A DNA stretch of 64,000 nucleotides from Paraspadella gotoi (taxonomy: Eukaryota > Animalia > Chaetognatha), in the NCBI GenBank assembly GCA_051294375.1, contig CM119268.1:21720010-21784009 (forward strand), in the 5' to 3' direction. The notes below the pieces were generated by a model. That model saw only the letters and a list, made by a program, of their open reading frames with translations. It had not been told where the DNA came from and did no database searches. The position numbers were made by a program, and so were the translations under genes. Positions 1-12,662 of the stretch are shown one piece after another. Position 1 is the first letter of the stretch; the number at the start of each line of letters is the position of its first letter.

Positions 1-614
1 GACGAAAGGCTCCTTCTCTCGACAACCCCGTCGATCGATCATCTTCATCGTCATCATCTTCGTCCAGAAGCCTCGGATCGGATCCTCGACGAAAGCATCG
101 AGGTTGTTGGTAGTGAGGCGTTGGTGATTGAACAGGCCTTTGGAGTGTCGTCACTGGAGACTGGACGGGACGCTGGAGTGTGTTGACAGTCGATTGGACG
201 GGACGCTGAAAAGCGTTGCTCGAAGAGTCGTCGGGACTCTCTGAAGGTGGCTGCAACGACATGGAAGGATCATCGAATCCGCAGCCGCCGTGACGAGGCG
301 CTGCGGACTCCGGATGACGATGGAGATGTTGGGGATGATGTCGGTAGTGTTGAGGAGAAGTCTGAGCCGCTTGACGGGGGCGTCGACGGTCGACTTCGGT
401 GTGGTCGTTGTAAGAGTGTTCGATCGGAGGATATCTGGGATTGATTTCTGTTTTTAAGAATCCTCAAACGGGAAAGCGGATGAATTCGTCTACCTGAAGT
501 GATGCTGTTGTTGAATTTGCTGTTGTTGTTGAAGGTCGTTTGATCTCTGAGGTTTGTGTTGACTGACGGAGGAAAAGTCAGAGACGTCACTCGGAAGTCG
601 ACTCCTGCTCAAAA

Positions 615-671
<57 letters not shown>

Positions 672-1700
672 AGAGAGGAGATGCAATTATACGAACCTGA
701 TTGGAATCTCGTACAATGCAAAAGCACAACCAAGCAATTTTATACGAACCTGATTGGAATCTCGTACAAAGTGTCGTCGTGCTTGACCGTCTTGTACTGA
801 CGCGGAGGCAGCGGGTAATCGGCGAATCGCGGCAAAGGCGAACCCGACTGCGGCGAAGATGGCAGCGGCGATTGCGGCGAAATCGGCGACGGGGAACGCA
901 CGAGACGAGGCGAATCTATAAGGGGCCGCGGCGATCGCCGGCACCTAGGGCGAGGGGAGGAAAGAAGAGTGAGTGGGTGTGAAAATGTCTTTCGCCTTTC
1001 CCCCGCAGCTGCCCGAACTTACCTCGGCGACAGATTCCCGCCTCCGCTGCTGCTGCATGTGCTGTTGACCTCGGACGAAGTGTAACCGTAATTACGATGT
1101 CCCTCCATCTGCTCCACGTCTCTCCCTTTTCGATGATGATGATGATGATGGTAATGATGCTGCATCAACTGCTGCTCCTTCAGCTGCGGTTCCAACCGCA
1201 GCAGCTTCCCCGGCTGCACCGACCAAGCAATCGCCATCCAGAGTCTCTTTTGGAAAGAGAGAGAATGAGAACTGAACTTTTTGAATCGATGAGCGACGAC
1301 GACGCAACCGGTGATGACGAAGATGAAGATGGGAATTACGGAGAGGGCCCATCCGAAGTGGGTCGACCACTCGGGGTAGTGGTAGCTGTGGGGGAAAAGA
1401 GGAAGAGGGCTCTGGTCAATAGAGCATTTAAAAGTAACAAAAAATGAGAATATAAACGGGATTTCAATCATTCATCGTCGATTTTACTGTAAGTCATGTC
1501 TGTAGAATTCAATGGTGATAATGAATTTTTTCCATGAAAACCGTCTTGTTTGTCGCCCGAAGCGATTTTTAAAGCTTGTTTGATGCAAAAAAATATAAGA
1601 GAAAACTAAAAAATTAGTGTGGGACCAAGCTTTAGTTTATAGGAAAAATAACGAGAATTCTATAAATACAATATAAATATTTTGTGTTTGGGAGTGTGGG

Positions 1701-1731
<31 letters not shown>

Positions 1732-4700
1732 ATTGGAGACGGATTCGCGTGGACGCCGATGGACCGATGGAAACTACGAACATTTATAAACTCCTTTCAG
1801 TTATAAATAATCTTTATTGATTGTCATTACTTATCATTTATTGATCTGTTTCCTTTTAGTGAAAGAGTATCGTGCTATATTAATAAATGATATGTGTCAG
1901 AATATATGGTTCTTGGTCCGCGTCTCCCTCATTCATATTGTGCGCCTCTGTATCTCTCTCAGATCCATACAGTAGGACTTTTAGCATCTGTCGACAGCGC
2001 TGTCCGCTCGCAGCCTGATTGGTGGCGCCGTTGGAGATCCCGATGCGTTCCAGCTCCCCCTTGACGTGAGCCCACTTCGCCCGTCTGGCGATCTACATAA
2101 AATCTCCTCCAACATGTGTGTGTGTGTGGTGTGTGTGTGTGAGTGAGTGAGTGAGAGCAAGCGAGCACGATCGATTTGACCTGTTGACAGCGATCGAAAG
2201 CATGAAGAGAGATAGAATGAAAAAAGAGAGAGAGAGAGAGAGAAAAAGCGCTTGACCGCATGCCGTGGAGGAAGCTGAAGTTGAAGGCACGGATGAAAGT
2301 TGACACTTGACATCAAGATGGCGACACTAAGAAAAAGGTTTCTCATATTTGGGCTTACTTCTCAGAAACTATCGGGCCTTCTAAACCACTTTCAGTTTCT
2401 GATCTTCCAACACTTTGCGATGTACTTCAGCAAGTTTTACTGTTGTCATCCAGCAGAAAAAATTTTCGTCATTGAAAGCGTCGCCAAAATGACCGTGAAA
2501 AAAATGGGCTCGAGCTAATGACAATCTCTTTAAAGAAAATGTGTGATTGAATGACGCTAGAATCATTTTAAAGATAAAACGAAATTGGGATATTCTGTCA
2601 TCAGTCGCGGGAAAAAAGGAAAAAATTGACTAGTGGCCATTTTTTTCAATCGTCTGGATAAACTTTTTACAATTTCCGCTGTCGCTGCCTCTTCATTTCA
2701 TGTGAAAAAGCTAAGTGCAACAACGATGCATGTCAGCAGGTGCACATCTCGTGCTCTTGTCCCAGAGAACAGAAGATATGATATTTAAAGAATTTACATT
2801 ATGTGGTAAAAAAGTAAATATATTAACCAACTTTTAAGATCCCTGCTTTGGAGCTCCCCTTCATTCGCGATCAGATGGAAAAGACGGGCTCTAAAGGAGA
2901 ATTTCAAATCGGCTCGACTGATGATTGAAGGCTCGGTTGAACTTTCTTCCATAAACGAGCCTTTCTCTGAGAGAAGACGGAGGTGACAACATGTTTACCG
3001 CCGACATAGTTTTTGTTGCTGTTGTAGGCAGTGGATCGACCGCGACAATATTTTTTCAATTTTTTCTGCCGAGTGTTCCGGAGCTGAGATTGTCGATGGA
3101 GTTTTTTTTGATTTATCAGAGGTCATCACCATCGAGGGTCGTCATTTGATAGATTTTTATTAGCAATTAAAGGTTTTGTTGTTTTTGTCGTCGTCAAAAA
3201 CGCATCATGAAGAGATGTGTGGTGGAGGAGGTTGCAGGCGCCACAAAACGGTCTGATCAACAGTTTTTTGGGCACATGTCCAGCCGCAAACAACGAAAAC
3301 AAAGTGGAGGCTTTATCGCATTCTCCTTCTTGAATTCGACGTTGAGGTCTTTGTAAGTTGGGCAAAAAGAAATAAAATGTTTCTTTCGCATAAATGACAG
3401 ATGACTCTTTTCTCTAGCCATGTCGAAGAGGTGGAGACAAATGACGCTGGCATTGGCGTTGATTTTTCCAGGATGTGTGTCGCCTTTGCGGCGACTTTCG
3501 ATTATTTGAAGTTGAAGGTTAAATGAAATGAGAGGCGAAGTCTTTACGATATCATCTCCGTCTTTATTTTCAAGAAATGTTGCAAAAGTTGCAGAATTTC
3601 TTATCTCATTAGAGATTCTTCCATTTTTTGTAGACAGGGCTCGAGTTTCTTAAGAATCTCGTCAGCGATCAATTTTGTCGCCGCCGAAAGATCCATTTTT
3701 TGGGTTGTATTTAGATAATAGATAATTTTCGTTTTTGTGATGAACGTTCCGCGCAGCGGTATATACGTTTTCACTGTAGAAAAATGTTTTAGTATTTACT
3801 ATGCCACGGGAGACGAACGTTTAACCGTATTGAAGAAAAAGTATCAAATTTTTTAGTGGTTTTATTTCTTGTAGATAATCCCTCAGAAACTCATGAAAAC
3901 GTAGTTTCTTCCGGGTGAAACAATTTCAGTGAGTTTCAAAACTAAACTAAAAAAAGTCATAATTCGAATTTTGGCATACGTAAGACTGACCAAAGAAAAA
4001 TTGGCAATTTTCAAAACATTTCGACTTCATGACACTTCATTTTTTAATATAATATTAATATTTATATAAATTTTACAACACATATTTTTCGGCATGGACT
4101 ACATTTTTTTATCTTAGTGACATTAACATCAGATATTAGAACATCTGCTTTAATAATTTTCGATTTCTTTATCAATTTCGTTATTTCACTTGTTCGTCAA
4201 AATATGCAATTTATGGGGTTTAAGGAGCTTCAAAAATCGCTTCGGGCGACAAACAAGACGTTTTCATGGAAAAAATTCATTATCACCATTGGATCCTACA
4301 GACATGATTACAGTAAAATCGCGATGAATGAAATCCAATATCTGCATTTTTTGTTACTTTTAAATGCTCTACTGGTCAATGGTGGTCGGTTGTAGGGACT
4401 CATTTAAAGTCGATCATGTTAAACGATAAACGTCACTATGTGCGCGAAGGCTATGAGCACATGAATTATTAAGATTTTTTTCAAGAAAACGTTCAGTTCA
4501 TTTAAAAAAAAAAAAACCTAGAACAAACTCATAGTACATTTTTTTTATTCTAATTTAAGTGATAAAAGAAAGATTACCCCTGTAAATGAGTGAGTCTGTG
4601 ATGCGCTGTGACGATTGTGACCAGAAAGAGAATCCCCAAGAAGACTGGCGACACTATCCACAGGACTTTCCAATAAGTGGAGACTCGAACTCCCAATCTC

Positions 4701-4756
4701 GATTTGACGAGACGGGCGAAGTTGTTGACTCCGTAGATGTAGGCTACGCCGATGGT
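1..4756 (-). CDS. SLC6 (NSS) transporter, 3' exons: TM10-TM12 plus long cytoplasmic tail (cleaner copy; runs off the window edge)
   Basis: GT-AG exons 4756-4578 (TIGVAYIYGVNNFARLVKSRLGVRVSTYWKVLWIVSPVF), 1385-1023 (YHYPEWSTHFGWALSVIP), 944-768, 604-494 and 447-<1. All junctions are phase 2 and match. The YG..F, W...W..P and YP.W....GW motifs are typical of SLC6 TM10-12. The last exon needs a frameshift near 275. Confidence 0.85.
1420..4371. mobile_element. Non-autonomous TIR DNA transposon (hAT-like), 2952 bp, in an SLC6 intron
   Basis: Termini TAGAGCATTTAAAAGTAACAAAAAATG...CATTTTTTGTTACTTTTAAATGCTCTA with imperfect TIRs of about 150 bp. Perfect 8-bp TSD CTGGTCAA at 1412-1419 and 4372-4379. 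The empty site is visible in the duplicate copy at about 12082-12089. Confidence 0.93.
3200..3410 (-). pseudogene. BEL/Pao Gag-like triple zinc-knuckle remnant inside the TIR element
   Basis: With 2-3 frameshifts and one stop it reads CHLCERN(H)FISFCPTYKD...LCFRCL..(GH)..KNC*SDRFCGACNLLHHTSLH, matching the Pao Gag pattern C-C-H-C / CFxCL-GH-C / C-C-HHTxLH. Confidence 0.7.
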
Positions 4757-4839
4757 CTGAAGCGGAATTGACGGGTTGTGAAATGGATTTAATGTCTTTC
4801 CTTCCTTCCTTCCTTCCTTCCTTCCTTCCTTCCTTGATC

Positions 4840-5263
4840 GCTCGTTCGACCTCGAACGGACCCAAATTCACGAGAAATGCTTCGAGCGGGGAATTTCAAC
4901 GAGAAAGAACAGAAGCCATTCGCCGCTCTTGTTTTGCCCAGATCAGGTAATACGGAGGATTATGAAACAAATCGCGAATTTGCCTAGGTGAAGTCGGTCC
5001 AGGGAGAGAGTAAGAGAGATGAGAAGAGAGAGAGGAGGAGGACGAGAGAGAGAGAGGAAAGAGATGAGGAGAGAACGAGATATGAACAACGAGTGCCAGT
5101 GAGACAGAAAGAGAGAGAGACAGTTTCAAACTCGAACTAATCAATATTTTGCAGGAATGTGGTGTACTTCTGACGGGAATTTCGGCAAACATTTACCGAT
5201 TATTGGTCGCGAAAGACGTTTTCCTCACCCAAACGCCTCCCTTCGTTCTTTCATCTCGCGGAG
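4840..5263 (+). CDS. unc-76: FEZ1/UNC-76 family N-terminal exons (indel-noisy, 5'-truncated at the duplication junction)
   Basis: After correcting indels: KCF..FNEKTEAIA..QIR|GT (to 4946), MNNECQ|GT (to about 5098), and AG|MWCTLTGNFGNILPI.W (5155-5263, donor GTGAGT). These match the UNC-76/FEZ motifs. Confidence 0.7.
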
Positions 5264-6049
5264 GTGAGTTATCGATCTGACTTACCCCAAAACTGACTTG
5301 AGACCAAAAATTGATGATCAATAGAATAATCGTCTTTGAGTTTAGAAAGTTAGAACCATAAATCTTGACTACAATGGATTGACCTTGATTTAAGTTGAAT
5401 TTATCTGTACATCGTATATAATATTTATTACAAAAACTTCGAGGAAAGTTGGTTTTCTGTCAAGGAGTTTTAGGCGAATGAGGTAACAAACCAAGTATTA
5501 AAACCGAAGTCACAAATATTTGACACTAAAAACAGCGATGATTTACATTTCATTATTACATGATTTACAAATTATAGACAGATTATTATGGCAATTGGTG
5601 AGAAATTGAATGCCAAAGGAACTAGTCTAATATGCTATTCAAATAAGCTTAATTGTATAATTAAATCAGCTTACTCACTTTTAAAAAGTTTAGAAGCCAA
5701 ATTTCAGTAAATCACTAAATATAAGAAACTACATTTCATGAAATGTCTTTCTACTAAGGTCTATTAAATCTCATGCCACTATTTTCCGAAAGCACACCAT
5801 TTTTCAGGTTTCCAACCTTTAACTTAATTTCATTTATAATTAAATAAATCTAAGTATTTACCATCAATCGCCTAACCTTAATTTTGTTTACCACTCACAT
5901 GTGTCTCAATATATAGCCGTCACTAATCACAGTCTTTAACGTCACCCTTAACTCTTTTCCCCAAACCAACCATATTTTAAACTTAAAAAAATTATTCCAA
6001 CTCTCGTGAATTCCCGCTGAAATTACAATGCGCGGCTTCTCTGGTAAAG

Positions 6050-7950
6050 TGAGTGCTCCTTAACTATTCCTGCCTCCTCTCTGGTACAGGCGGCGCCTAT
6101 GTTCTCGTCGCCGTCTTCGTTGCTCTTCGCGGGCCCGAGCGGATGTAGAGTCCGGGCAGCTAGTGACCTAATTCATAATCTCACGTTTGCCGACTGGCTG
6201 CAGCCTTTCTCAGCGCGGGTCTTGCTGCTCTGCTCTGCCCTGAGGCGGCGGGACTATCTTGGGCGGCGAGGGCGAACTATTTTTTAGGCGAGAGGTGTGA
6301 GGATTGATCCCATCGAGGTGGGTTCCTCGGGCGAGAGGTGAGGCTGAGTTTCTTAGAGGCGGAAGTAAGTTTGGGGAGATTTGTCGTCGTGTCGTCGTCG
6401 TCATGGTCAGTCGTCGTCGGCAGCTTTTTCGTCGCTGCTAGCAGGAGCGGGGAAATTATGGGTAGGGTTCGACCCTGTCGATCTCTTTTGGGGGCGGGAG
6501 ACAGGGCTTTAATGTTCGTCGTCGTCGGTGCCGTCGTCGTCGCTTTCTTCTTCGTCTTGCAATTTTTTGCCTTTATTCGACCAGAATTACGTTCATAGTT
6601 CTGCGATTTTTTCTTGGGGACTCGAGCCGCGGGAGCTTGGGCTTGGCTGAATAGTGTATAAGTATTAATTATCGCCGTATAAATAAATATGGAAATATGT
6701 GATAAAGATTAATAGTGCTTCAAATCTAATAATATGCTGAATGTACTACTTATAATGCAAATTGATATGAGAAGGAAAACTCATTTGAGTATTCACTAGA
6801 AACACATTTGCTTACAGATTGATTATTTTATTGATGTATTAAATCGATTCAGTTTTGATTAGATTTGATATTAGATTTGAATTGTTTTATGTTGATGTGT
6901 CGATTTGATTGAATTGAATCTGATTGATTGAATTGAGTGCTGTCGAGTTGATTGCGTTACCAGCAAACATTGGTCGGCAGCCTGCGTCTCTCTTCTCTTA
7001 TCCTCTGCAACCAACTATTTTAATCCAATTCGATGTTTCGTCCGCCTCCTGTTGTCCGCCGAGAGATACTTCCATTTCCAGCGCCTCTGCTCTCGTCGGC
7101 GTCGGCCTCTCCTCTGGCAGCGGCGGGCCCGGCGGCAGTGGCTGCGGCGGCGGCTGCTTCGTCTTCGGTCGGTCGCCATCGTCGTCGGTCTTCGTCATCG
7201 TGTACGATTTATACAGTTGAAGATGTTGCTGCTGTTTGATGTTGATGTTTGCTTGCTGTGATGATCGGTATTTCTATAAAAAAATTCAAAAATTAACTGA
7301 GTTGCAAAATTAGGTATTTGAAATTAACCTTTTAATTATCTATTCAATACGCAATTAATGCCATCTTCAATGATAGGGAAGCAGGTTCTCTGGATGTGAA
7401 TAATGCGAGACTCGTGAGGAGTTTGATTGAAGAGCTTGCAGGGACCTGCTATTCATTATCTAGTAATAAACGAAACACCACCAAAAAGCCTCGTCCAAGA
7501 GTCAAGGGGCAAGATAAGGCTTAATTATTTAAAGAATGGAATAATTTTTAGATATTGGTTGTACATTTCTTGTATAGTTAATTCGCAAAAAACAATTAGA
7601 CGACACTATTAAATGAAATTATAAACGACAAAATTTTTTGTCTACATCTAGTTCCTAACAAATTAAGAATTAATCAAACAATTATTTAATTTTTAAAATG
7701 ATTTAACATGCATAAGACTATTGTGTTCAATAAGTTTTTGTCTTTTGCTCGTGATCAAAGTAATAACTATATTATGTACTTATATTAATATTTTACTCTG
7801 AAGAAGACAATCGATCCAATACTCGGAAATTTTGAGGGAATTTTTTTCGGAATGAAAAAAAAAAGTAAGTAAAAGGTGTTTGGAAGAGATGTTTTCTTGC
7901 TGCGCGACTAAGACGAACCTTCTGAGCGAATGATGTGGGCTCCGTGGCAT
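6050..7950 (-). CDS. Possible hypothetical low-complexity protein gene (exons near 7950-7919, 7274-6960, 6647-6050)
   Basis: GC-rich islands in AT-rich DNA flanked by plausible AG/GT sites. Frames are broken by indels and no domain was recognised. Confidence 0.3.
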
Positions 7951-10109
7951 TTCCTTTTTTGGTCGTTAGCCTCGTCTCGTCTCGTTCTCTCTCTTCTTGC
8001 TCCTCTATCCATCGCTCGGCTCTCTCGCTTCTCTCCTCTCTCTCCCTCCTCTTCGCGTCTCTCTATGCGTGCTCTCGGTCTCTCTCATCTCTCTCTTCTC
8101 TCTCTCTTCCTCTCTCTTCTCTAGTATCTATCTGTCCATCATTCTATGGTGCTTCTAAAAACTCCAGCAAAAGGTGCGATGCCTGCGACGGAACCAAAAC
8201 AAGGGTTAGGGTCAAAATCGGAATCTAACTTATTCTTTAATCAATTCAGATTTTAAATCTGATGCAATCAACCGTCGTGACAAGGTACACATTGTTTGTA
8301 TTTTGTCATGATCATCAGAAGTAAATGTAAGAATGTTTACTATCTATCCCACGAGCGGCGCGCAACATTTTGGCTTCCAAAACCAGAGAGGCCTCGCTTT
8401 CTTTTCTGTCGAATATTTTTCCTTCTCATAAAACGGCGACTCAATTCCTCTTGACGGTCATAATTTACGTGCGAGAGTCAAAAACCAAAATTTATGTTTT
8501 TTTACCCCACGTTCGTGTAGTGCCGACCCGAGTATGTTTTATTCTCTTTCTTTTTAATTTTCTATTTGTCTAATGATTGATGCTTTGAGTGTCTCATACA
8601 TTATTTTATTTAAAAAAGTAAATTGAAAAGCGATTCATAATTAGGACTAAGAATTTTTATTTGAGATTGATGACCGGATATGAACGCTAGCTCTGGTACT
8701 CCTTGGGGTGTGATGTCTTAATCATTCTGATGATCCATTTGCTTTGCTTATTGAGATTCAAAACAGGCGAAGCGTTTGGCTTAGTTCATAAAAGAGACTA
8801 TTGCCTTTTAAAATAAAACTAAATTTTGTTTGAAGAGAAAAAACTGTTGAAATCGCTGACAAGTCCGCAATTTCAATTTTCGTTCGTGCTTTAAAAAGCA
8901 GAATGTGCTTCTAAAATACTCTAACTTACAGTTGGATCGTTTTAATTCGTAACAATGGGCAGCAATATAGAGTGGTCAAAATTAAATTAATGTTGTTAAA
9001 ATAACATGCAAACGGTTAAATAATGTTACCTGAAGATGATATTATAAATTTTAAATGAAAACACTAAAAAACCTTCATTTTCTACTCGCGCAAATAATCC
9101 TGATCCCGATTTAAGTTGGATTTTCCTGTGCACAATATTCTTTTTTTTTTTTCTTCCCACAAAATAGAACCTCAGGCGATGATGGCGAAAAAAAAAGGAT
9201 TATGTTCTTTCAGGCGACAGGCGATCCTTGTCTTTCCATGGCCACCCACAGGAATGTGTAGAGGGCGAAGCATCCTCCACAAAGCCAAGTGGGGCAAGGC
9301 TCCAAGAAAAATTAAAATTGGAAGAAATTTTTTCAGAAAATCAAGAGTTTATAAACTCAGCATTCTTATATAAGAATGTTGACAGTATTTTTAATATTTT
9401 ATTTTTAGTTCAACTATAGTCTTCAATCGAATGCTATACCCTGCCAAGAAGAATAGAACGAAAATCATATAGATTTTGCCCTGATTATAATTATTTATAG
9501 GGGGCCCGGCCAGCTAACAGCCAACCCTCTCTCTTTGACTCCTTCCACCTAATTCCATCGACCGTGACATCTCGCATTCCCACAGGCTCGACCGCACATG
9601 TACAGTTCATCACCCACACCATGCACTCTTTAACCAACTTCGTTTCACACCCTTTCCTACCCAATTCTGTGCACACGCTCCACGCTCCACCATATCTACT
9701 TTCATACCTCGGCAGAAACTTTCCCTCAAAATATGACTTTGGTCAGAATTTGTTTTTTTTTTTTTAGAAAAATGGCGATTAGTATATTTAGACTTTTTAC
9801 TTTCAGAAAATCCACATCCTGATTAATTTACAACAGTATAAAATAACTATTTTTCGCAATGTTTTTATTGTAATGAATGGGCTAGAATTTAGTAATAGAT
9901 CTACTTATCATCTTACTGAGGGTAGACTAGTAATTATATACTATAACTTTTATATAGGTTTAGATACAGTAATTTTTCATTTCTTTTCTTTTATTAATAA
10001 TACTGTGCGATCAACTACCCTGTTCTGTGATGGGCGACCGAATTTTTTTTTTCATCTTAAAAGCTCAATTGTTATTTTTTTTTTCAAGATATTATAAATT
10101 ATATATTTA

Positions 10110-12500
10110 TTTATAGTTTGTAACGAATTGCGTCTTCATCGACTCCTCGGGCGCTGTGACTCCCCTTGCCAGCGACGCTGCTTGCTGCATTCTACTGCCT
10201 GCATGAACTGTGGCTTTCCTCGCGGGTTTCGGTTTCACCGCCGCGGCGGCGGTCCGCAACTTGAAGCCTTTCTGGCGAAGCGGCGGGGCAGGGCGGGCAA
10301 GGACCCCCTTACTGCCGGGGCGCGCTCTGGCGGATGGCGGATCGTGCTGAAGTGAGGAGGGCTGCCCGCGAGCGGCAACGAGCGCGGCGTCGGGTCATCG
10401 AAGCGACCCCGTCGTTTGCGGGAGGAACGCCTGCTCGACGGGAGTAGGGCGGGCTCTCCCATTCCCACGTGGCTTGAGCCCGACCGAGGCTTTTTGGGAA
10501 GCGACTTCCTGTCTGGGGGAACCGCAAGACCGTCCCTTTGGGAAGGCGGCTCCCCTGAGACTGAAAGCGCACTGTCGACCGTAGCGGCTTTGCGGCGGCA
10601 TGCAGCGCCTATATCTCTCGCTCCTTCTCCCCGGTGGATACAAAGGCCTCCTTCTTCTCGACAAACCCCGCGGCGATCGATTCATCTTCATCGTCATCAT
10701 CTTCGTCCAGAAGCCTCGGATCGGGATCCTCGACGAAAGCATCGAGGTTTGTTGGTAAGTGGAGGCGTTGGTATTGAACAGGCCTATGGAGTGTCGTCAT
10801 GGGACTGGACGGGAACGCTGGAGTGTGTGACAGTCGATTGGACGGAACGCCTGAAAAGCGTTGGCTCGAAGAGTCGTCGGGACTCTGCTGAAGATGGCTG
10901 CAACGACAGGAAGGATCATCGAATCGCAGCCGCTGCCGTGACGAGGGGCTGCGGACTCCGGATGACGATGGAGAATGTTGGGGATTGATGTCGGTAGTGT
11001 TGGAGGAGAAGTCTGAGCCGCTTGACGGGGCGTTCCCGACGGTCGACTTCGGTGTGGTCGTTGTAAGAGTGTTGATCGAGGATATCTCTGGGATTGATTT
11101 CTGTTTTATAGAATCTCAAACGGGAAACGGATGAATTCGTCTACCTGGTAAGTGGATGCTGTTGTTGAATTTGCTGTTGTTGTGAAGGTCGTTTGACTCT
11201 GAGGTTGTGTTGACTGAAGGAGGAAAAAGTCAGAGACGTCACTCGGAAGTCGACTCCTGCTCAAAACAGAGAGAAGAGAGAAGAGAGAGAGAGAAGAGAA
11301 GAGAGAGAGAGAGCATTCTACGAAGCCTGATTGGAATCTCGTACAATGGCAAAGCACAAGACAACAATTATATCGAAGCCTGATGGAATCTGCGTACAAA
11401 GTGTCTGTCGTGTGCTGACGTTCTATGTATGACGCGGAGGGCAGCGGGTAATCGGCGAATACGCGCAAAGGCGACACCCCGACTGCGGCGAAAGATGGCG
11501 CGGCGATTGCGGCGAAATGCCGGCGACGGTTGGAGACGCAGCGAGACGAGGCGAATCCTATAAGGGGCCGCGGCGGATCGCCGGCACCTGTAGGCGCAGG
11601 GGACGAAGGAAGAGTGAGTGGGTGTGAAAACCGTGTTCTTTCGGCCTTTCCCCGCAGCTGCCGGCGAACTTCCTTCGGCGACAGATTCCCGCCTCCGCTT
11701 CGCTGCCATTGCTGTGACTCGGACCGAAGTGTAACCTGCGTAATTTACGATGTGCCTCCATCTGCTCCACGTCTCTCTCCTTTTCCGATGATGGTGATGC
11801 ATGGATAGGCTAATATGCTGCTCAACTGCTGCTCCCATGCGGGAGCTGCGGTTCCACCCGCAAGCAGCTTCCCCGGGCTGCACCTCCTGACCAAGCAATC
11901 GCCATACAGAGTCTCTTTTGGAAAGACGAGGAATGTCGAGAACTGAACTTTTGTGAATCGATAGCGAGCGAACGACGCACCGGTGATGACGAGAATTGAG
12001 ATCGGAATTACGGATGAGGAACCCATCGAAGTGGGCGACACACGGGTAAGTCGGTAGCTGTGGGAAAGAGGAAGACGGGCTCTGGTCAATGCGTGGTCGT
12101 GGTAGGCGGACTCATTTAAAAGTCGATCATGTTAACGTAAAGTCACTTAATGTGCGTCGCGAAGGCGCTGATGAGCACTGTATTATTAAGATTTTTGTCA
12201 AAGAAAATCCGTTTCAGTTCATTTAAAGAAAAAAAAAAGAACAAACTCATGAGTACATTTTTTTTTATTCCAATTTAAGTGATAAGAAGACAAGATTACC
12301 CCCGTAAAGAAAGATTACCCTGTAATGAGTGAGTCTGTATGTGCTGTGACGATTTGACCAGAAAGAGAATCCCCAAGAGACTGGCGACACTATCCACAGA
12401 CCTTGTCCAATAAGTGGAGGACTCGAACTCCGCCAATCTCCGATTTGACGTAGACGGCGAAGTGTTGACTCCGTAGGAGATGGAGGCTAACGCCGATGGT
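10110..12500 (-). other. Noisy second copy of the SLC6 3' exons without the 2.95-kb transposon; includes the tail end that lies off-window in the first copy
   Basis: About 10640-12089 aligns to 1-1419, and about 12090-12545 aligns to 4380-4795, with many 1-bp indels. It ends at the 25-N gap. Confidence 0.85.
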
Positions 12501-12550
12501 CTTGAAGCGAATTTGACGGGTTGTGACAATGGATTTACTTCTTTCCGCTG

Positions 12551-12575
12551 NNNNNNNNNNNNNNNNNNNNNNNNN
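12551..12575. other. 25-N assembly gap beside a (TTCC)n tract
   Basis: Exactly 25 Ns; a second 25-N gap lies at 23617-23641. Other gaps: 17501-17681, 38824-39081, 60924-60933, 62261-62410. Confidence 0.99.
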
Positions 12576-12662
12576 CTTCCTTCCTTCCTTCCTTCCTTCC
12601 TTCCTTCCTTTCCTTTCCTTTTCTCTCTCACCTGGCCTTTCCTTTCCTTTCCCTTCCTTCAC

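Noticed and set aside
10416-10988. 190-aa plus-strand ORF
   Set aside because: Antisense shadow of the GC-rich SLC6 tail exon.
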